Below the pieces are notes generated by a model that was not told the DNA's origin, searched no databases, and worked only from the letters and a program-made list of their open reading frames with translations. Shown here in pieces: positions 26,304 to 28,091 of a stretch of 28,091 bases of DNA; the first letter of the stretch is position 1; the number at the start of each line of letters is the position of its first letter. The stretch is from a virus (lineage: Duplodnaviria; Caudoviricetes), in IMG/VR virus record IMGVR_UViG_3300037585_001476, positions 1-28,091 of that record. One strand, given 5' to 3'. A program made the translations under genes and the position numbers.

Positions 26304-27587
26304 TTATGGTGGTTTTTCGTCGGGTAGGTGTGCTTCTACTTCCTTGGTAAGGGCATCCACCGTACTCTTGTCAACACAATTCGTTGTGTTTATGTTGCTT
26401 GTATGCTGGCGTAACTCAGTGGTAGAGTACTGCTTTGGTAAAGCAGAAGTCGAAGGTTCAATTCCTTCCGTCAGCACCACATCCTTCTGGTCAAGATTTG
26501 GGACAGTACTATCTGTTGACGTATCCAAGTGTTCGATAACACTCTTTAGGCTACTCGGAGCGAGGTGAGCATACCGCATAACCATCTCCAAACTTGCGTG
26601 TCCTAACAACTCTTTCAACTCGTCAAGACCCACTCCCTTCTGCCGTAATTGACTGGCAAACGTGTGTCTAGCATCATGGGGTTTGAAGTTTTCGATCCCT
26701 GCTTTCTTGCAAGCCTCACTCCAGAAGTGATAGAAGTTTGTGTTGTCTGACTTCCTCCCATCATTATTAACTCCTGACCTTTTCCACGGAGAGCCCAATG
26801 GATTTGGGAAGACAAGACCACCATTACACCTACTCTCAAGGATTTGTCTGAGTGATGAGACGATTGGAACTTTCCTCCAAGTCATGTGTCTCTTGCGTCC
26901 CTTCCTTGAATATAACATGACCTCATCTCCGATGACATGTTCATTTGTCAGACTGAACGCATTACCCAAACGAGCACCAGTAAAGAAGAGAAAGGAAACA
27001 AGATCTTTAATTGTATCATCGCAACAATTAATCAACCGATCCCTCTCCTTCACAGTTAACCATCTTAACCTACCCTCACCTTCGGGTGGCTTGACAAGAT
27101 TAACTTCTCTCCCATTCACATCTGTAAAGATTATGAATGGGAAACCTCTCGACTTTGAATGATTAATACTGGCTATGAGTACAGCCATTTCTTTTCGGAT
27201 TGAGGTAGGCTTTGTCCCCTTCCTTTCGAAATGGCTATACACTTTTTTAATATCAAGATCGCTTACCTTCATCTTTCCAAAGGCATCATCAAAAGCATTC
27301 AACACCCACAGAGAGGACTTAGATAAGAACCCCTCTGGTCTGCCAAGATATCTCTTGTTCATCTCGGCAACGGTGTCGTCGCTACGCACCTTACTCTTTA
27401 CCTCATCTGTCTGGCTAAAAATTTCAGCCTCAATTTTAGATAACAAATTAGATGCGAATCTTTTTTGATTGAGAGTAAACTTGGTACTGCGTTTAACTCT
27501 AACACTCTTACCATCGGCTCTAGTCATAGTTCCAATGGCGTACCAGACGTTTCCTCTTAGGCTTAGATTAAGTCCCATCTCCTCCAT
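26304..27587 (-). CDS. int: Tyrosine recombinase/integrase
   Basis: TGAR, HDARHTFAS, LLGH, MRYAH give R-H-R-H-Y; N-terminal RGNVWY...RVKRST arm-binding-like segment. Confidence 0.93.
   Translation of the reverse strand: MEEMGLNLSLRGNVWYAIGTMTRADGKSVRVKRSTKFTLNQKRFASNLLSKIEAEIFSQTDEVKSKVRSDDTVAEMNKRYLGRPEGFLSKSSLWVLNAFDDAFGKMKVSDLDIKKVYSHFERKGTKPTSIRKEMAVLIASINHSKSRGFPFIIFTDVNGREVNLVKPPEGEGRLRWLTVKERDRLINCCDDTIKDLVSFLFFTGARLGNAFSLTNEHVIGDEVMLYSRKGRKRHMTWRKVPIVSSLRQILESRCNGGLVFPNPLGSPWKRSGVNNDGRKSDNTNFYHFWSEACKKAGIENFKPHDARHTFASQLRQKGVGLDELKELLGHASLEMVMRYAHLAPSSLKSVIEHLDTSTDSTVPNLDQKDVVLTEGIEPSTSALPKQYSTTELRQHTSNINTTNCVDKSTVDALTKEVEAHLPDEKPP
26368..26396 (+). promoter_or_regulatory. Promoter of tRNA-Thr with operator-like palindrome (copy 2) in the spacer
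   Basis: TTGTCA-N17-TATGTT ending 8 nt before the tRNA; AACACAA-TTCG-TTGTGTT at 26373-26390. Confidence 0.65.
26405..26479 (+). tRNA. tRNA-Thr(GGT)
   Basis: Acceptor GCTGGCG/CGTCAGC-A-CCA; D arm ACTC/GAGT; anticodon arm CTGCT-TTGGTAA-AGCAG; T arm GAAGG-TTCAATT-CCTTC. Confidence 0.95.
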
Positions 27588-28005
27588 CTCCTATTATTAG
27601 ATGATCGAAAGCCTTACCATCTTCCTTGTCATAATTGGCATCCCAATCCTTTGGCAAACCTTTCGACAACAAACGATAACTCTCGTCATCTATTTCCTTG
27701 AGTGCATTGATCGTCTTCAGAATTACTTGAGCCCTCATCTGCACCCCAAATTTTCTAGCGATTGTACGGACATGTACCTTCGCCGTATTCTCAGATATCT
27801 GTAACCTTTTACCTATCTCCACATTAGTAGCTGATCGGCAAATCATTTGGATAACCCCATGTTGTTTAGTTGTGAAACCTGCAAGCACCACCTCTGGTCT
27901 GTCGTCTGCCTCAATGGGTGGGCTAACTTGTCTTGTTGCAAGTCCATTGTTTATTCTCTCGATCAGGTTATCTATCTTCCACTCTATCCTATCTAGTTGT
28001 TTCAT
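27568..28005 (-). CDS. LuxR/NarL-type HTH regulator without receiver domain
   Basis: FTTKQ...TNVEIGKRLQISENTAKVHVRTIARKFGV..R; AGGAG SD; overlaps the int start. Confidence 0.88.
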   Translation of the reverse strand: MKQLDRIEWKIDNLIERINNGLATRQVSPPIEADDRPEVVLAGFTTKQHGVIQMICRSATNVEIGKRLQISENTAKVHVRTIARKFGVQMRAQVILKTINALKEIDDESYRLLSKGLPKDWDANYDKEDGKAFDHLIIGDGGDGT

Positions 28006-28091
28006 TATATCTCACTCCTAAATAGGCGACGTAGATTTTTTCCGAAAGCGTACTTTCCATATAGACTTCCCTTGTTTCTTTTTAGATTATC
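28005..28091 (-). CDS. 3' end of an upstream gene (truncated)
   Basis: Open frame DNLKRNKG...RSEI ending in TAA overlapping the LuxR ATG. Confidence 0.45.
   Translation of the reverse strand, partial: DNLKRNKGSLYGKYAFGKNLRRLFRSEI

Larger units (their letters stand above)
1..28091. mobile_element. Tailed bacteriophage (or prophage) genome segment, probably temperate and podovirus-like
   Basis: Tightly packed virion, lysis, recombination, primase-helicase, resolvase and integrase modules; no host housekeeping genes seen. Confidence 0.95.

Noticed and set aside
26287-26568. 93-aa + strand ORF
   Set aside because: It is a translation across the tRNA and its promoter

Overview
The whole window looks like part of a tailed-phage genome, probably a podovirus-like temperate phage; a marine proteobacterial host is inferred from the gene families only. 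Left to right: (1) a + strand block of large internal-virion/ejection-type genes (1-15310) ending in a 3381-aa polyvalent protein with a zincin HExxH peptidase, an apparently dead peptidase copy and a split ADP-ribosyltransferase-like domain; (2) a lysis cassette (EF-hand membrane protein, 3TM holin, 26-aa cationic Cys peptide, M15 endolysin); (3) a - strand recombination module (Sak4-like ATPase, DUF669 SSB-like protein, Cas4-like nuclease, DUF6378) with a three-hairpin intergenic array; (4) divergent promoters driving a Cro-like HTH and a Prim-Pol/helicase; (5) small genes including a resolvase-like nuclease, basic micropeptides and a gene that seems to start at ATC; (6) a - strand run of small genes; (7) a LuxR-type HTH and tyrosine integrase. 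The strongest signal is a complete tRNA-Thr(GGT) with its own promoter and operator-like palindromes lying antisense inside the C-terminal tail of the integrase ORF, suggesting an attP within int. No capsid, terminase, replicative DNA polymerase or CI repressor was recognised. All family calls come from motif reading by eye, not from database searches.
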